From positions 133,178,001-133,242,000 of the forward strand of contig NW_024704742.1 of assembly GCF_018977255.1 (NCBI RefSeq): a DNA stretch of 64,000 nt. The letters run 5' to 3'. The stretch is from Callorhinchus milii (taxonomy: Eukaryota). The position numbers and the translations under genes are program-made. The stretch's first letter is position 1. Each line of letters begins with the position of its first letter. This document shows, in pieces, positions 26,656 through 40,414 of the stretch. The notes under the pieces are model-generated. The model did not search any database, was not told where the DNA came from, and saw nothing but the letters and a program-made list of their open reading frames with translations.

Positions 26656-27237
26656 AACAACAACAAATTTACATTTGTAAAGCACCTTTCACGTCGGAAG
26701 GACGTCCCAAGGCACTGGACAGACAGAGCTACGGACCTGAGCTGGGGGTCGCTGGGGGGGGAGCAAGACCGTGGAGGGCTTTGAAGATGAGGACCAGGAT
26801 CTTGAACTGTATCCTCTGCGTGATGGGAAGCCAGTGGAGTTGGGCAATGATGGGGGTGATAGGGTCATGGAGCCTGTGTTGGAGAGGACATGGGCTGCAG
26901 AGTTCTGGATGATCTGCAGCCTGTGGAGGGAGGAGTTGGGGAGGCCGACGAGCAGTGAGTTTGCATAGCCGAGCATTGATGTAATGAAGGCGTGTATGAG
27001 GGTTTGGAGGACTGCGGTGTGAGACAGTGTCGGAGCTGGGTGACATTGCGGAGGTGAGGGAAGGCAGAGCAAGTTATGGCACAGATGTGGGTAGAAAAGA
27101 TAGTTGAGGGTCAAACAAGACCCCAAGGTTCCAGACTGACTTAGCAAGGAGGAGTGTGCAACCATGGATGGTGATGCTGTCAGCGCCTGAGGTGAGGAGG
27201 CGCTGACAGGAGCTAATCAGGAGAGCCTCGGTCTTGT
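26656..27237 (-). mobile_element. L2 3' fragment inserted in a SacSINE1-like element, TSD CTGAC
   Basis: CTGAC at 26651-26655 and 27238-27242. Empty site near 28765-28780. Confidence 0.85.
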
Positions 27238-29028
27238 CTGACGCTCCAGCACAATGTTGGGGGAGCGCTGCATTGTCGGAGGTGTCGAAATGCTACTTTT
27301 TCAGGTGAATATTAAACTCTCAAGGCACTATCCAAAAAGAGAAGAGAGTTTCTCCCAGGCCAATAATACCCCAAATAAAATTGGTCACTCGCTTTACTGT
27401 CTGTTTGTGGGACATTGCTGAGTGCAAATTACCTGCGGTGTTTGCCTACAAAATCCAAAGTCCCTACACTTTGTAGTAAACCCTGTGTCGTGCTACAAGA
27501 GATTATGGCTGCATGAAAAGGAACTGTATCAAATGCAGAGATTTTTTATCTACCATTGATATGAAAGTTGACAGCGAACTGCAAAATCTGCTGTAACCAC
27601 AAAATGTAAACTGTTCACAAAGTAACCAGTTAAACAATGCTTATCTTATCCAAAGCGTCATAAATTATGGACGGCTACACTTTCAGCATTTCATTGGCTG
27701 GTTACCAGCTATTAGTTTCGCATTTGCTAGTTGTCAAGTGAGGTACATTGTGTAAAGTTGGTTACAGAAGAGCAGGTGAGGACACACACATCCAAATGAT
27801 GAAGCAGACAGGTCCTTGGTTTAATGTCTCATCCAAAGGACGACACCGCCAACAATGCAGCGTTCCCCAGCAATGCACTGGTGTGTTTGCATGTGACATA
27901 AAGAATAATTATGTCATTATAATTATAATTAACATGGGGCTTAACATCTCAAAGCGCTTCTTCAAGACATCTCAAAGCGCTTCACAGAATGTACTGCAAA
28001 GTGAATTTATACCGTAAAGTGGATTGACCGTATTTTGTGGGCTAAACGCGGCAGTATCCCACAAACAGTCGTGGATTGAGTGATCAATTCTTTTTGAGGG
28101 ATTATTACTACAGGAAAACAATCTGCCAATCAACCTGGGTTCCTACTTACTGCTAGGTAAACAGAGGCATGTGGAGTAAGGACACTTGCCTTTGGTTTCA
28201 CCCTGCACAGGAATCAAACTCGGGTCCTCTTGCTTGTGAGGTGACCGTGCTAAACACTATGCTACGGGACTCCAGAAAGTTTAAAAGCAAGAAAGGCAAC
28301 AAAGCAAGTAAGAGCTAAGTATTTACCATAGCACCTTAGAATGTTCCAATAGAAAGATTTGCGATGTTTATATTCAGTTTGCGCCAGGACAAAAAAATAA
28401 TGTGTACGCATTGTGTACAGGAAGAGACCAAACAAATAAATAGAGGCCATGAGCCCCAATGAATTCTATTTGCCAAAATCACTTCAGCAAGTCAAACAAG
28501 TCAAAACACTAGAGAACAAGACGCAGGACGGTTGGCAGCAGTCCCATCTGATGGTTCAAGATAGCATTGAAATTTGAGCAGATTATTAGTTACCTGAACT
28601 CTGAGTTTGGTTTACTGACTCTCATCCTCTGCCACCCATTGGGATTATATTTTAAAAAAAGATCATCTTTGTGTTTTTGGATACATGCCAGCCTGGTAGC
28701 ATTCTCATCTCTGAGTCAGAAAGCTCTGGGTTCAAACCACACGTCGGGCATTTGGTCTCATAGTCTAGGCTGATGCTCCAACGAGGTGTTGGGGGAACCC
28801 TGCATTGTCGGTGTTGCCAAGTCGCTGCCTGTTCAGAGTTTCTCCCGATGTGCATGCCAACAATCCCCCAAATAAAATTGGTCACTTTTATTTGCTGTTC
28901 GTGGGACATTGCTTAGTGCAAATTGCCTGCCACCTTTTTCCTACAAAATACACCGTCACTAGAGTAAACCCTGAGAAGAGCTATGAGAGATTATGGCTGC
29001 ATGAAGAGGGGCTGTTTCATGTGCAAAG

Positions 29029-29322
<294 letters not shown>

Positions 29323-31264
29323 ATTGATGTGAACGTTTGCAGCAAGCTGGAAAATCTGGTGTAACCACAAAATGTAAACTGGTCACAAAGTAACCAGTGA
29401 AACTAAACAATGCTTATTTTATCGAAAGCAGTCATAAATTATGGACGGCTACACTGTCAGCATTTCTTTGGCTGGTTACCAGCAACATTGTCAGTAAGCA
29501 TTTGCGAGTTGTCAAGTGAGGTACATTGTATAACAACAACAACTTGCATTTACATAGCGCCTTTCATGCTTGGTAGCATCCCGTAGCACCTGGTATAATA
29601 ATAATAATCCTTGCATTTGATATACCTTCGAGACATCCCAAAGCGCTTCGCAGAATATACTGTAAAGTGGATTGACTGCCTATTTTGTGGGCGGAAGCTG
29701 TATTTTGGGGGTGGGTGGGTGTCAGCGAGGACACCGGGAGAAACTCCTTTCTCTTCTTGAATAGCGCCGTGGGATCCTTAATGTCCTGAACGAGTAGACG
29801 GGAAGCACGATGACGGGCACGTGTCAGCTACACGACTCACCAGAGAGTGAGAGAGAGAGAATTTGCGGGTTGTGGAGTGAAGCGCAGGATGTCCACAAAG
29901 CCCTCTTAAACCTCCCCCCCCCCGTTAAAAAGCAGCAATATGGAGGCAACGGAAGAGCTGAAACCATCTGTCAGAGATGCATTTCGTCTCATCATTCCAT
30001 CCATGTGACGGAAGATGTCACACCGAGCATTGCGACTGATCATTATCATGAAGACAATGTGGACTCCCATAGCAGAGTGGTAGAACACTCGCCTCGCAAG
30101 CGAACGAACCCGAGTTCGATACCGGGCAGGGAAAACCTCAGTCAAGTTTCCTTATCCCACAGGCCTCTGTTTACCCAGCAATAAGTCGGAACCTGGTTGT
30201 TAGTTGATTGGCGATTTCTTTCGGGAGTAATAATCCCTCTAATAATAATTGCTGTGTGCTGTTCGAATTCCACCTATAGAAAAATATAGGGTGAAACCTT
30301 GGGCAAGTTTCCTTACTCCACACTCCTGATAATAATCCATCAAAAAAATAATAAATTGATCATTTCAATCCACGGCTGTTTGTGGGACACTGCTGTGCGC
30401 AATTGGCTGCTGCATTTCGCCCACAAATATACAGTCGATTCACATTACGGTCTATTCTGTGAAGCGCTTTGAGACGTCGAGAAGACGTGAAAAGCGCTAT
30501 ATCAAATGCAAGGATTATTATTATACAGTCAATTCGCTTTACAGTATCATCTGTGAATGGCTTTGAGACGTCTCGAAGATGTGATCAAGTGCAAATGCAA
30601 GGATTACTATCATTATGTATCAATTGTTGACCAATTCAATGTGGGGGTGCGGCTGGGGGGGGGGGGGGGGGTGCGAGGGGACATGAGAGGGGGTGTGGGG
30701 AAGGGGGTAACCAGACTTTGTGGACACCCTGGACATTGTGTTGCCTCTCGGTAACTCAGAACCTTGTCTGAAAGGAGTCGCGTGTGTGTGCGTGCGTGTG
30801 TTTGCTGAAGGGGAATTAACGATGGACAGCACGACTGACCAATGGTAGTATTAAGTAGAGTGGTTGGTGGTGGAGAGGGGGGGGGGGGAGGGCGGTGCAT
30901 CCGGCTTCTCCCCCACTTTCCACCCCCCCCCACTCCCCATTCTTACACACACTGCTGTGCACAAGGAGCCTGGTGGAAGCAGCGTTGTGTGCGTACGAGA
31001 CAGACTGAGATACTGAAGGCTCAGACAAGCTCCCACCCCCCACCCCACCGAAGAGAACATGGACGTGGACATACCCGCTGCTGGCTAACCCCCATCCTCC
31101 CTCACCCCCCCCCTCCCTCCCTCCCTGTGGAAGGTAATCATCAGAGCCTTGTCTCGATCAAAAAAAAAGAGTTCGTCTCTTAACACGAGAAAAGTTTTGT
31201 TTGGAGGAGAAAAAAATCTCAGCTTTTCACTCTCTTTCTCTCTCTGGTTTAGCTATTAGCCACT

Positions 31265-34200
31265 GGGTGTCTGTGTATGTGTGGGGGGTGGGGGGGTGTC
31301 TGTGTATGTGTGTGGGGGGTGGGGGGTGTCTGTGTATGTGTGGGGGGGGTGTTGGGGGTGTCTGTGTATGTGTGGGGGGGTGGTTGGGGGGTGTCTGTGT
31401 ATGTGTGGGGGGGGTGGGTGTGTCTGTGTATGTGTGGGGGGGGTGTTGGGGGTGTCTGTGTATGTGTGGGGGGTGGTTGGGGGTGTCTGTATGTGTCGGG
31501 GGTGTCTGTGTTTGTGTGGGGGGTGGGGTTGTCTGTGTATGTGTGGGGGGGGTGGGGGGTGTCTGTGTTTGTGTGGGGGTGGGGTTGTCTGTGTGTGTGG
31601 GGGGGGGGGTGTCTGTGTATGTGTGGGGGGTGTTGGGGGGGTGTCTGTGTATGTGTGGGGGGTGGTTGGGGTGTCTGTATGTGTCGGGGGTGTCTGTGTT
31701 TGTGTGGGGGTGGGTTGTCTGTGTGTGTGTGGGGGGGTGGGGGGTGTCTGTGTTTGTGTGGGGGGTGGGGTTGTCTGTGTGTGGGGGTGGGGGTGTCTGT
31801 GTATGTGTCTGTGTGTGGGGGGTGTCTGTGTATGAGGGGTGTGTCTGTGTATGAGGGGGGTGTCTGTGTATGGAGGGTGTCTGTGTATGTGTGGGGGTGG
31901 GGGGTCTATGTATGTGTGGGGGTGTCTGTGTATATGTGGGGGGTGTCTGTGTATGTGTGGGGGTGTCTGTGTATGTGTGGGGTGGGGGTGTCTGTGTATG
32001 TGTGGGGGTGTCTGTGTATGTGTGGGGGGTGTCTGTGTATGTGTGGGGGGTGTCTGTGTATGTGTGGGGGGGGGGGGGGTGTCTGTGTATGTGTGTGGGG
32101 GGGGGGTGGGGTGTCTGTGTATGTGTGGTGGGTGTCTGTGTATGTGTGGGGGGGGTGGGGGTGTCTGTGTATGTGTGTGGGGGGTGGGGCGTGTCTGTGT
32201 ATGTGTGGGGGGGGGTGGGGGTATCTGTGTATGTGTGTGGGGGGGTGGGGGTGTCTGTGTATGTGTGTGGGGGGGTGGGGGTGTCTGTGTATGTGTGTGG
32301 GGGGGGGGGGTGTCTGTGTATGTGTGTGGGGGGTGGGGGCTGTCTGTGTATGTGTGGGGGGGTGGGGGGTGTCTGTGTATGTGTGGGGGGTGGGGGTGTC
32401 TGTGTATGTGTGTGTGTTGAGGGTTAGTCTATGTATTTGTATGGGAGGGGGTGGTCTGTGTATGTGTGTGGGGGTGGAGTGTGTGTGTGTGGGGGGGAGT
32501 GTGTGTGTGTGGGGTGTGTGGTGGGGAGTGTGTGTGGGGGGTGGGGAGAGAGAGAGTGTGGGGGTGAGGGGGTGGGGAGAGTGTGTGTGGGGGGGAGAGT
32601 GTGTGGGGGGACAGTGTGTGGGGTGGGGGCGGGAGAGTGTGTGTGTGGGGAGAGAGTGTGGGGGCGGGGAGGAGTGTGTGTGGGGTGGGGGGGGAGAGTG
32701 TGTGTGGTGTGGGGGGAGAGTGTGTGTGGGGGGGAGAGTGTGTGTGGTGGGGGGAGAGTGTGTGTGGGTGGGTGGGGGGTGTCTGTGTATGTGTGGGGTG
32801 GTGGGGGTGTCTGTGTATGTGTGTGGGGGGGGTGGGGGGTGTCTGTGTATGTGTGTGGGGGGTGTCTGTGTGTGTGTGTGGGGGGTGGGGGGTGTCTGTG
32901 TATGTGTGTGGGGGGTGGGGGCTGTCTGTGTATGTGTGTGGGGGGTGGGGGTGTCTGTGTATGTGTGGGGGGGGGTGGGGTGGGGGTGTATGTGTGGGGG
33001 GGTGGGGGTGTCTGTGTATGTGTGTGTGGGGGGTGGGGGGTCTGTGTATGTGTGTGGGGGGTGGGGGGTGTCTGTATGTGTGTGGGGGGTGGGGGGTATC
33101 TGTGTATGTGTGGGGGTGTCTGTGTATGTGTGGGGGGGGGTGGGGGTGTCTGTGTATGTGTGTGGGGGGGGGGTGTCTGTGTATGTGTGGGGGGTGGGGT
33201 GTCTGTGTATGTGTGGGGGGGGGTGGGGGGTATCTGTGTATGTGTGTGGGGGGGTGGGGGGTGTCTGTGTATGTGTGTGGGGGGTGGGGGGTGTCTGTGT
33301 ATGTGTGTGGGGGGTGGGGGTGTCTGTGTGTGTGTGTGGGGGGAGTGTCTGTGTATGTGTGTGGGGGTTGGGGGGTATCTGTGTATGTGTGGGGGGGAGT
33401 GTGTGTGTGTGGGGGGGAGAGTGTGTGTGTGTGGGGGGGGAGTGTGTGGGGGGGGGGGAGAGTGTGTGTGTGTGGGGGGGAGTGTGTGTGTGTGGGGGGG
33501 GGAGTGTGTGTGTTGGGGGGGGAGTGTGTGTGGGGGGGAGAGAGTGTGGGTGGGGTGAGAGAGAGTGTGGGGGGAGGGGGTGGGAGAGTGTGTGTGTGGG
33601 GGGGAGTGTGTGGGGGGTGTGGAGTGTGTGTGTGTGTGGGGGAGAGTGTGTGTGTGTGGGGGGGGGGGTTTCTTAGTGTGTGTGTGGGGGGGGGAGTGTG
33701 TGTGGGGGGAGAGTGTGTGTGTGTGGGGGGGGGGGGAGTGTGTGTGTGGGGGGGGAGTGTGTGTGTGGGGGGGGAGTGTGTGTGGGGGGGGGGAGTGTGT
33801 GTGTGTGGGGGGGGCAGTGTGTGTGTGGGGGGGGGAGTGTGTGTGTGGGGGGGGGAGTGTGTGTGTGTGGGGGGGGAGTGTGTGTGTGGGGGGAGTGTGT
33901 GTGGGGGGGAGAGAGTGTGTGTGGGGGGGAGAGAGTGTGTGTGGGGGGAGAGTGTGTGTGTGTGGGGGGAGAGTGTGTGTGTGGGGGGGGAGAGTGTGTG
34001 TGTGTGGGGGGGAGAGTGTGTGTGGGGGGAGAGTGTGTGGGGGGGAGAGTGTGTGTGTGTGTGCGGGGGAGAGTGTGTGTGTGGGGGGGAGAGTGTGTGT
34101 GGGGGGGGGGAGAGTGTGTGTGGGGGGAGAGTGTGTGTGTGTGTGTGAGGGGGAGAGTGTGTGTGGGGGGGGGAGAGTGTGTGTGTGGGGGGAGAGTGTG

Positions 34201-34902
34201 TGTGGAGGGGGGGAGAGTGTGTGTGGGGGGGAGAGTGTGTGTGTGTGTGTGGGGGAGAGTGTGTGTGTGTGGGAGGGGGAGAGTGTGTGTGGAGGGTGGG
34301 GGTGGGCGCGTGTGTGGGGCGGTGTGGGGGGGGGAGAGTGTGGGGGGGAGAGTGTGTGTGTGGGGGGAGAGTGTGTGGGGGAGTGTGTGTGTGGGGGGGA
34401 GAGTGTGTGTGTGGTGTGGGGGGGGGAGTGTGTGTGTGTGTGGGGGGGAGGTGTGTGTGTGGGGGGGAGAGTGTGTGTGGGGGGGAGAGTGTGTGTGTGG
34501 GGGGAGAGTGTGTGTGGTGGGGGGTGAGGAGAGTGTGTGTGGTGGGGGGAGAGTGTGTGTGGGGGGAGAGTGTGTGGGTGAGGGGGAGAGTGTGTGTGGG
34601 TGGGGGGGGGAGAGTGTGGGGGTGGGGGGGGTAGAGAGTGTGGTGGTGGGGAGAGGTGTGTGTGTGGGGGGGGAGAATGTGTGTGTGGGGGGGTGAGAGT
34701 GTGTGTGGGGGGGGGAAGGAGTGTGTGGGGGGGAAGGAGAGTGTGGGGGGGGGGGAGAGTGTGGGGTGGGGAGAGTGTGGGGGTGGGGAGAGTGTGTGTG
34801 TGGGGGGAGTGTGTGTGTGGGGGGAGTGTGTGTGTGGGGGGGAGAGTGTGTGTGGAGGGGTGGGGGTGGGCGCGTGTGTGGGGGCGGTGTGTGTGGGGGG
34901 AG
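31265..34902. repeat. Complex G/T-rich minisatellite with two unit types: GTGTCTGTGTATGTGT(G)n and GAGAGTGTGTGT(G)n
   Basis: Read directly; + strand almost lacks C and has dense G-runs. Confidence 0.95.
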
Positions 34903-34949
34903 AGGAAATATCTGTGTTTATTCAAATCAAATTCAACATTGTACAGATG

Positions 34950-35900
34950 TGGGCTCTCCCCCTCTCCCCCACCCCCACCCTCGGCATTTCCAGAGCCAAA
35001 ATAATGGTCTCTAAACTGTTTAATTATTTGCTTTTCAATCCCATTGCTTATCTAACTCGGCCTTACTTAGTTCTCCTCATTATTCCGGTTCTGATTTATT
35101 CCACGGAATCGCTGGATATATTTCTTCCCTCTCCCCTGTCCTGCTCCGCACCTAGTTTTTTTTTTGCCGTGGGAGTTTTGCTTTTCGGTGGAGGCGGAGG
35201 GAGGGAAGGGGGAGGGAGGGAGGCAGATGTAAGATGTGCTTCAAACACTTAATTACAAGCAATCATTTTTTTATAGCGGCTCAGATTCCTTAGTTCACTC
35301 CGTTTCTACTGGGCTCTGCACCGTTTGGCATTCGCCAGACGAACAAGCGTTTAAGATAATTATACGTTGCCGTGAACAGTGCACTTCTTCTTTCCCAAGC
35401 TCAGAACACTGTACGGCTTGAGTTTAGTTCAACAATAATAGCTTTATATCAATTAAGCAGAGCTGAAAGTCTCTTCCTCCTCCCTCCCTCCCTCCCTCTC
35501 ACTAACCATATTTGCTTTCAAGTCGCTTTGCGGTAAAAAAGGATTTCACTCTCAGCTCGAGGTTCAGATTTTTGGTTTCGGACTCGTACAAAGTCACGAC
35601 GCTGTTTGTTATTATATCTTCAATTTCTACGCTGTTGAACTTCATTTTCGATGCGCGCAGAGGATTGCGTGTCAGGGTATAATTTGACAGCCAGGTGTGT
35701 TTTTTTTTAAACAATTAAAAAAAAACATAAAACAGAATCTTTTGTCTCTTTGCCCACACCGTGGCTTTGACCATTTTTGCAGGGGAGGTCTAATTTACTG
35801 TTGCATTGCTTTCCTGGTGTGTTTGTTGGGCTGCCTTTTAAGTTGTGGGTTCCGGAGTACTGTATTTTAATTTTTGGAGCATCGTGGGTGTGCGTAAGAC
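34950..35900 (+). promoter_or_regulatory. Candidate CpG-rich promoter / non-coding first exon of the cytokine receptor gene
   Basis: Repeat-free segment with visibly more CpG than its flanks, a GGAGGCGGAG GC-box-like motif near 35190 and a possible donor CCAG|gtgtgt at 35694/35695. The ATG exon has an acceptor, so an upstream UTR exon must exist. Its location here is inferred. Confidence 0.35.
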
Positions 35901-36080
35901 TGTGCTTTCCTGAAATTAACATCACCATCATTTTGGTGAATAATCTTTCTGTAGCAGATGGTGCCAGGAAGGGTGTTTTTTTTNCTCTAAATTGGAAGTG
36001 GCTCTCTCAGCTTTTGTTTATTTTATGTTGCTCTTCATTGTGGAGCAATATTAAAAATGATAACAATCCTTGCGTCTTTC

Positions 36081-36135
36081 ACGTCAGCGAGACGTCAGCG
36101 AGACACAGCGAGACGTCAGCGAGACACAGCGAGAC
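36081..36135. repeat. Short tandem repeat of (acgtc/acac)agcgag units
   Basis: Five 10-11 nt units read directly. Confidence 0.85.
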
Positions 36136-36137
36136 TG

Positions 36138-36484
36138 TGGAGTCCTGTAGCTCAGTGGTTAGAGCACTCGCTTTGCAAGTGAGAGACCTGAGTTCAATTC
36201 CAGGCAGAGGGCGAAACCTTGGGCAAGTTTCCTTACTCCACACAGAGCCTAATAATAATCCCTCCAAAAAAACAAAAAACAATAATAAAAAATTGGTCAT
36301 TTTCAATCTACGACTGTTTGTGGGACATTGCTGTGCGCAATTGGCTGCCGCGTTCACCCACAAATATACAGTCAATTCACTTTACAGTAAAAAAAAAAGC
36401 TGTGAAGCGCTTTGGGACGTCCTCCTGACGTGAAAAGCGCTATATCAAATGCAAGGATTATTATTATTATTATTATTATTATTA
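36138..36484 (+). mobile_element. SINE family A (short form)
   Basis: tRNA-Ala(TGC)-like head, CORE start, Deu 3' part, stem-loop, (ATT)n. Confidence 0.88.
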
Positions 36485-36649
36485 AAGCGGGTCGCGAGAT
36501 GTACTGTAACGTGCAGTGGCAGTGTTTGTCGGAGAACGCAGCAGGCCATTTGCACACCGCGATATCCTACAAACGGCCATTTTATTTTATTTTATTTATT
36601 TCGGGGATTGTTGGCCAGGACGTTGGGAGAAACTCCCTTCTCTTTTCGA

Positions 36650-36790
36650 ATAGTAGAATCATAGAATTATACAGCGCAGAAGGAGGCCATTCGGCCCATA
36701 GCGTCTGTGCCGACTCTTTGAAAAGAGCTGTCCAATTCAATCCCACTCCTCCGCGCTCTCCCCATAGCCCTGCAAACTAGTCCTCCCCAA
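36650..36790 (-). mobile_element. CR1 3' tail inserted in a SINE
   Basis: tagaatcatagaat...gaaggaggccattcggccc motif. Confidence 0.75.
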
Positions 36791-39700
36791 ATGGCATGGG
36801 ATCTTTAATGTCTACTGACAGACTTAGTTTAATGTCTCATTTGAAGGGGTGCTGTGGAGTGAGCGTTAAAGTACCTTTAAACTTGTAGGAATGTGCATCT
36901 CTGGGAAAACCTTGAGCTCATCTGACTCAAGCACTCTGGGACACTAACCTGCGTGAGGGGCAAGTTGTTGGTGTGTGTGTGAGGTGTATTTTGATCCAGT
37001 TTTATTGCCAGGGCATTCACATGCGGTTCTGTCAAATTCTTTGACTCCGCATTCAGTTCTCTTTACCCTCACCACCCTGTTCAGCTCCTACCTCCAGCTC
37101 TGGTGCCCAGCCACTACTGTTGAGCACTTTGGGATGTTCTCCTGACGTCAAAGGTTCTACGTGAATGTACATTTGGACTGTATCCTACATCATTTTAGTT
37201 TTCCTTTCCGTATTATTTTCTTTTCTGATGTGAAATAGAACAAATAATTGGATTTATACAGCGCCTTTCACGTCAGGACGACGTCCCAAGGCGCTGGTCA
37301 GTGAAGGGTTTGTACCTAAGCTGGGAGTGGCATCAAGAGGGGTGGAAGGTGGGGGGGAAGAGATAACTGAAAGCACAGTCGATGAGGAAGGTCTTGAGAT
37401 GGGCCTTGAAGGCGGATGGGCTCTGGGATGGAGTTCCTTTTGATCCCTTTAATCTTGATTCATTGCCACTGTTAGTGCCACTGTTAGATTGTTAGTGCTA
37501 TCTGTCTCGGAAGTTAGACTCTTTAATTAAACTGCCTTTGGCTAGTTTCTTGCACCATCATGTATTTCTTCCTTCCTTTCTGTCATAAAAATCTTTGCTT
37601 ATTTTTGCTTGCAATGTGTAGAACTGTTTTCTTTATTGACTGCCAACTCTTAACTTGGATCATTTGTTTAGCATAGTACCAGCCAACATAGGATTGGTTG
37701 TACACATGGAATATTATACTGTAGGATCAGTAACCGTCCTGGCACATCAGTAACTATTAACAATAATCCTTACGTTTGCTCTGGCGCCTTATTGTTGAAA
37801 TGTCTCAAAGTGCCTCAACAGAATTTTTACTGCAAAATACAGTACAGTGACTGTGTATTTGCACATGGCAATGTCTCGCAAACAGTGATGGAAAAAAATG
37901 TACATTTATATTGCAGTACTAAGATCAATTTTATCCGTGGGTTGTTGGCCAGGACACAGGGAGAAACTACATGGGATCTTTAACAACAACAACTTGCACT
38001 TATATAGCGCCCTTCAGGCAGGATAGTGTCTCAGAGCGCTTAACAGTGGCGGAGACTGACTCCGAGCTGGGGGGCGTGGGGGGAATGTGGCACACGTTCG
38101 AAGAGGAAGGTTTTCAGGCGGGACTTGAAAAAGGCGAGAGAAGGGGCAAGTTGGACGGATTGAGGGAGAGTGTTGCAGAGTTTCGGGGCATGATCTCCGA
38201 TGGTGGGGCGGAGGGTGTGAGGGACGAGCAGGAGGCCAGTACCAGTAAAGAGGAGGCACCGGGTGTGGATTGGGGAGTGAGGAGGTCGGAGAGCTAGGGA
38301 GGTGCCAGAGAGTGAAGGGATTCAGGTGATCTTTAACGTCCACCTGAACAGGCAGATGGGGACTCAGTTTAACATCTCGTCTGAAGGACGGCACCTCCAA
38401 CATTGCAGTTCTGCCCACCCCCTTGCTCCCTCCCTATAGCATTGCACTGGAGCATCAGGTACATTATGAGTGCAATGCCCGATATGTGATTTGAACCCAC
38501 AATCTTAGAGGCAGGATTGTTACCAAATCAACTAGGCTGATACCCATTAAGGAGTCGATGGGTGTGAATGTATCCCTGATGCTGCGTAGTACACGTTTGA
38601 TTCACCGACCTTTCACTCCCACTGACAGTGCCATTTACGTGACAGTTGTCGGCTAGTGTATATAAAGAGCATGTCCTTCAGCCCCCGACCTCCGGAACTC
38701 CCTATCTCAATCCCTCTGCCTTGCTCCCTCTTGAAGAAAGCCTCTTTGACCGTGCCTATGATCACCTTACGCAACCCTGACACTGCACAGTGCTCAGTCG
38801 CTGCATGAAGGGAGCTGTATAAATGCAAGCAGTTGTTGTTTGAACAGCAACCAAAATATTTGATTGGAAGAACTGTACTTTTTTTGCATAAAGAGTGCTG
38901 TAGCTCAGTCGCAAGCGAAAGACTTGGGTTTGATTTCCGGCAGGACGAAATGTTGAGCAAATTTCCTTACTCTGTTTACTAGCAGTATGTAGGAACTCAG
39001 CTGTTAGACAATTGGTGGATCACTTTTCTGCAGGTAATAATTCCTTTAAAATAATAATACATTTGTCACTGAAATCCAACAGTTTGAGGTACACTGCTGT
39101 GTGCAATTGGCTGCTGTATTTGGCCTTCAAAATATACAGTCAATTAATTTCCTCCCTTTCCTCCTTCAAGGCCGGTCTCAAGACCTTTCTCTTCAACCGT
39201 GCCTTCAGCTCCCCCCTCAACTCTCTACCCCCTCCTCGCTCCCTCCCTTCCTTCCCTCCGCTCACCCTGACCATTTCCCCCCTGCTCGGGTCCCGACCCA
39301 ACTGTCCAGCGCCTCGGGACATCCCCCNGGCGTTGTATAAATGAAATCTTGTTGTTGTTCACAGTATATTCTGTAAAGCGCTTTGAGACGTCTCGAAGAT
39401 GTGATTAGGCGCTAAATCAAATGCAAGAATTATTATTATTTGGAAAGGCGACAACAATAATTTATAAAGTCTGTTTTGAAATTGTGCCAGGGTATTATAG
39501 ATCACGTTATTCTGGCTAATGCATTAAAATGCTTTGACATTAACTTAGTTAACATTAATATTGCATTAAGTTCCAGTTTGGGCTGGACAGTTGTGTTGCT
39601 GGATTGAAAATGTTAAGTCCGTGGAAGCCAGCAATGTGACCTCGACATTTCCCTTCCTCCTTCCACTTTGCTCAACCTTGGGAAAAACACTTTTCATATT

Positions 39701-40414
39701 GATGATTTTAACGTGTTCCTCTTATTTTTTAGAAATTTCCTCAATTAAAATAAATGTTTTTCTACCTCCTCGCCATTTAAATATTTGCATTATGATTAAC
39801 AGTGGCGTGTCAGAGTCGCTGTATTGCTTTTTTGTGAGGTTTAATGTGAGCTTTCTTGCAGTTCTGACATTTCATTGAACATCTGCTGTTGCTAAAGAAA
39901 TGTTAACGTTGATGCGGAATGATAGCCAAGTAGACTGAAATCTCCAGTTGCTCGTAAGCATTTGCTCTTTCGGTTGTTTGTTTCAGGCCTGCAGATCAGA
40001 ACACGCTATCTCAAATAGAAAGTCAAACAGATGAGGTCAAATAGTTCTCTTATTTGTTGTTCCCATCACCTGGCAAAGCATCTGTACTATTTTGTGGTGT
40101 CAGCAGGAATTTTGAACAAAATGTGATTTGTCTTTGTATCAGTGGTGGGGTTTTGCTTTATAAAGAGTCAGTGTGGATTGCATTAAAGAGATACACTATG
40201 CCACGATACAAAATCCATCATTTTTATCTTTTTTTCTAATGTGGAGCACATTGTTCAAATTCCTATTTGCACTGCCAGTCTTTAGGGTGGTGAATGTTTT
40301 TCTTTTTCCTGCCAGCCTGGCTTAGTTGGTGGAACTCTTGCTTCTGAGTGTGGAGGCCTCTGCAAAAAACATTTCCTTTCTCAATCCTCTCCAAAGCCTG
40401 GGATTGAGTTGTTA

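Noticed and set aside
31201..35252. Very long ORFs (up to 833 aa) rich in G/V/C or P/H/T
   Set aside because: Translations of the G/T satellite, which lacks stop codons by composition.
36138..36210. tRNA-Ala(TGC)-like sequence (also at 7998 and elsewhere)
   Set aside because: No paired acceptor stem, and it runs straight into a SINE body. It is a SINE head, not a tRNA gene.
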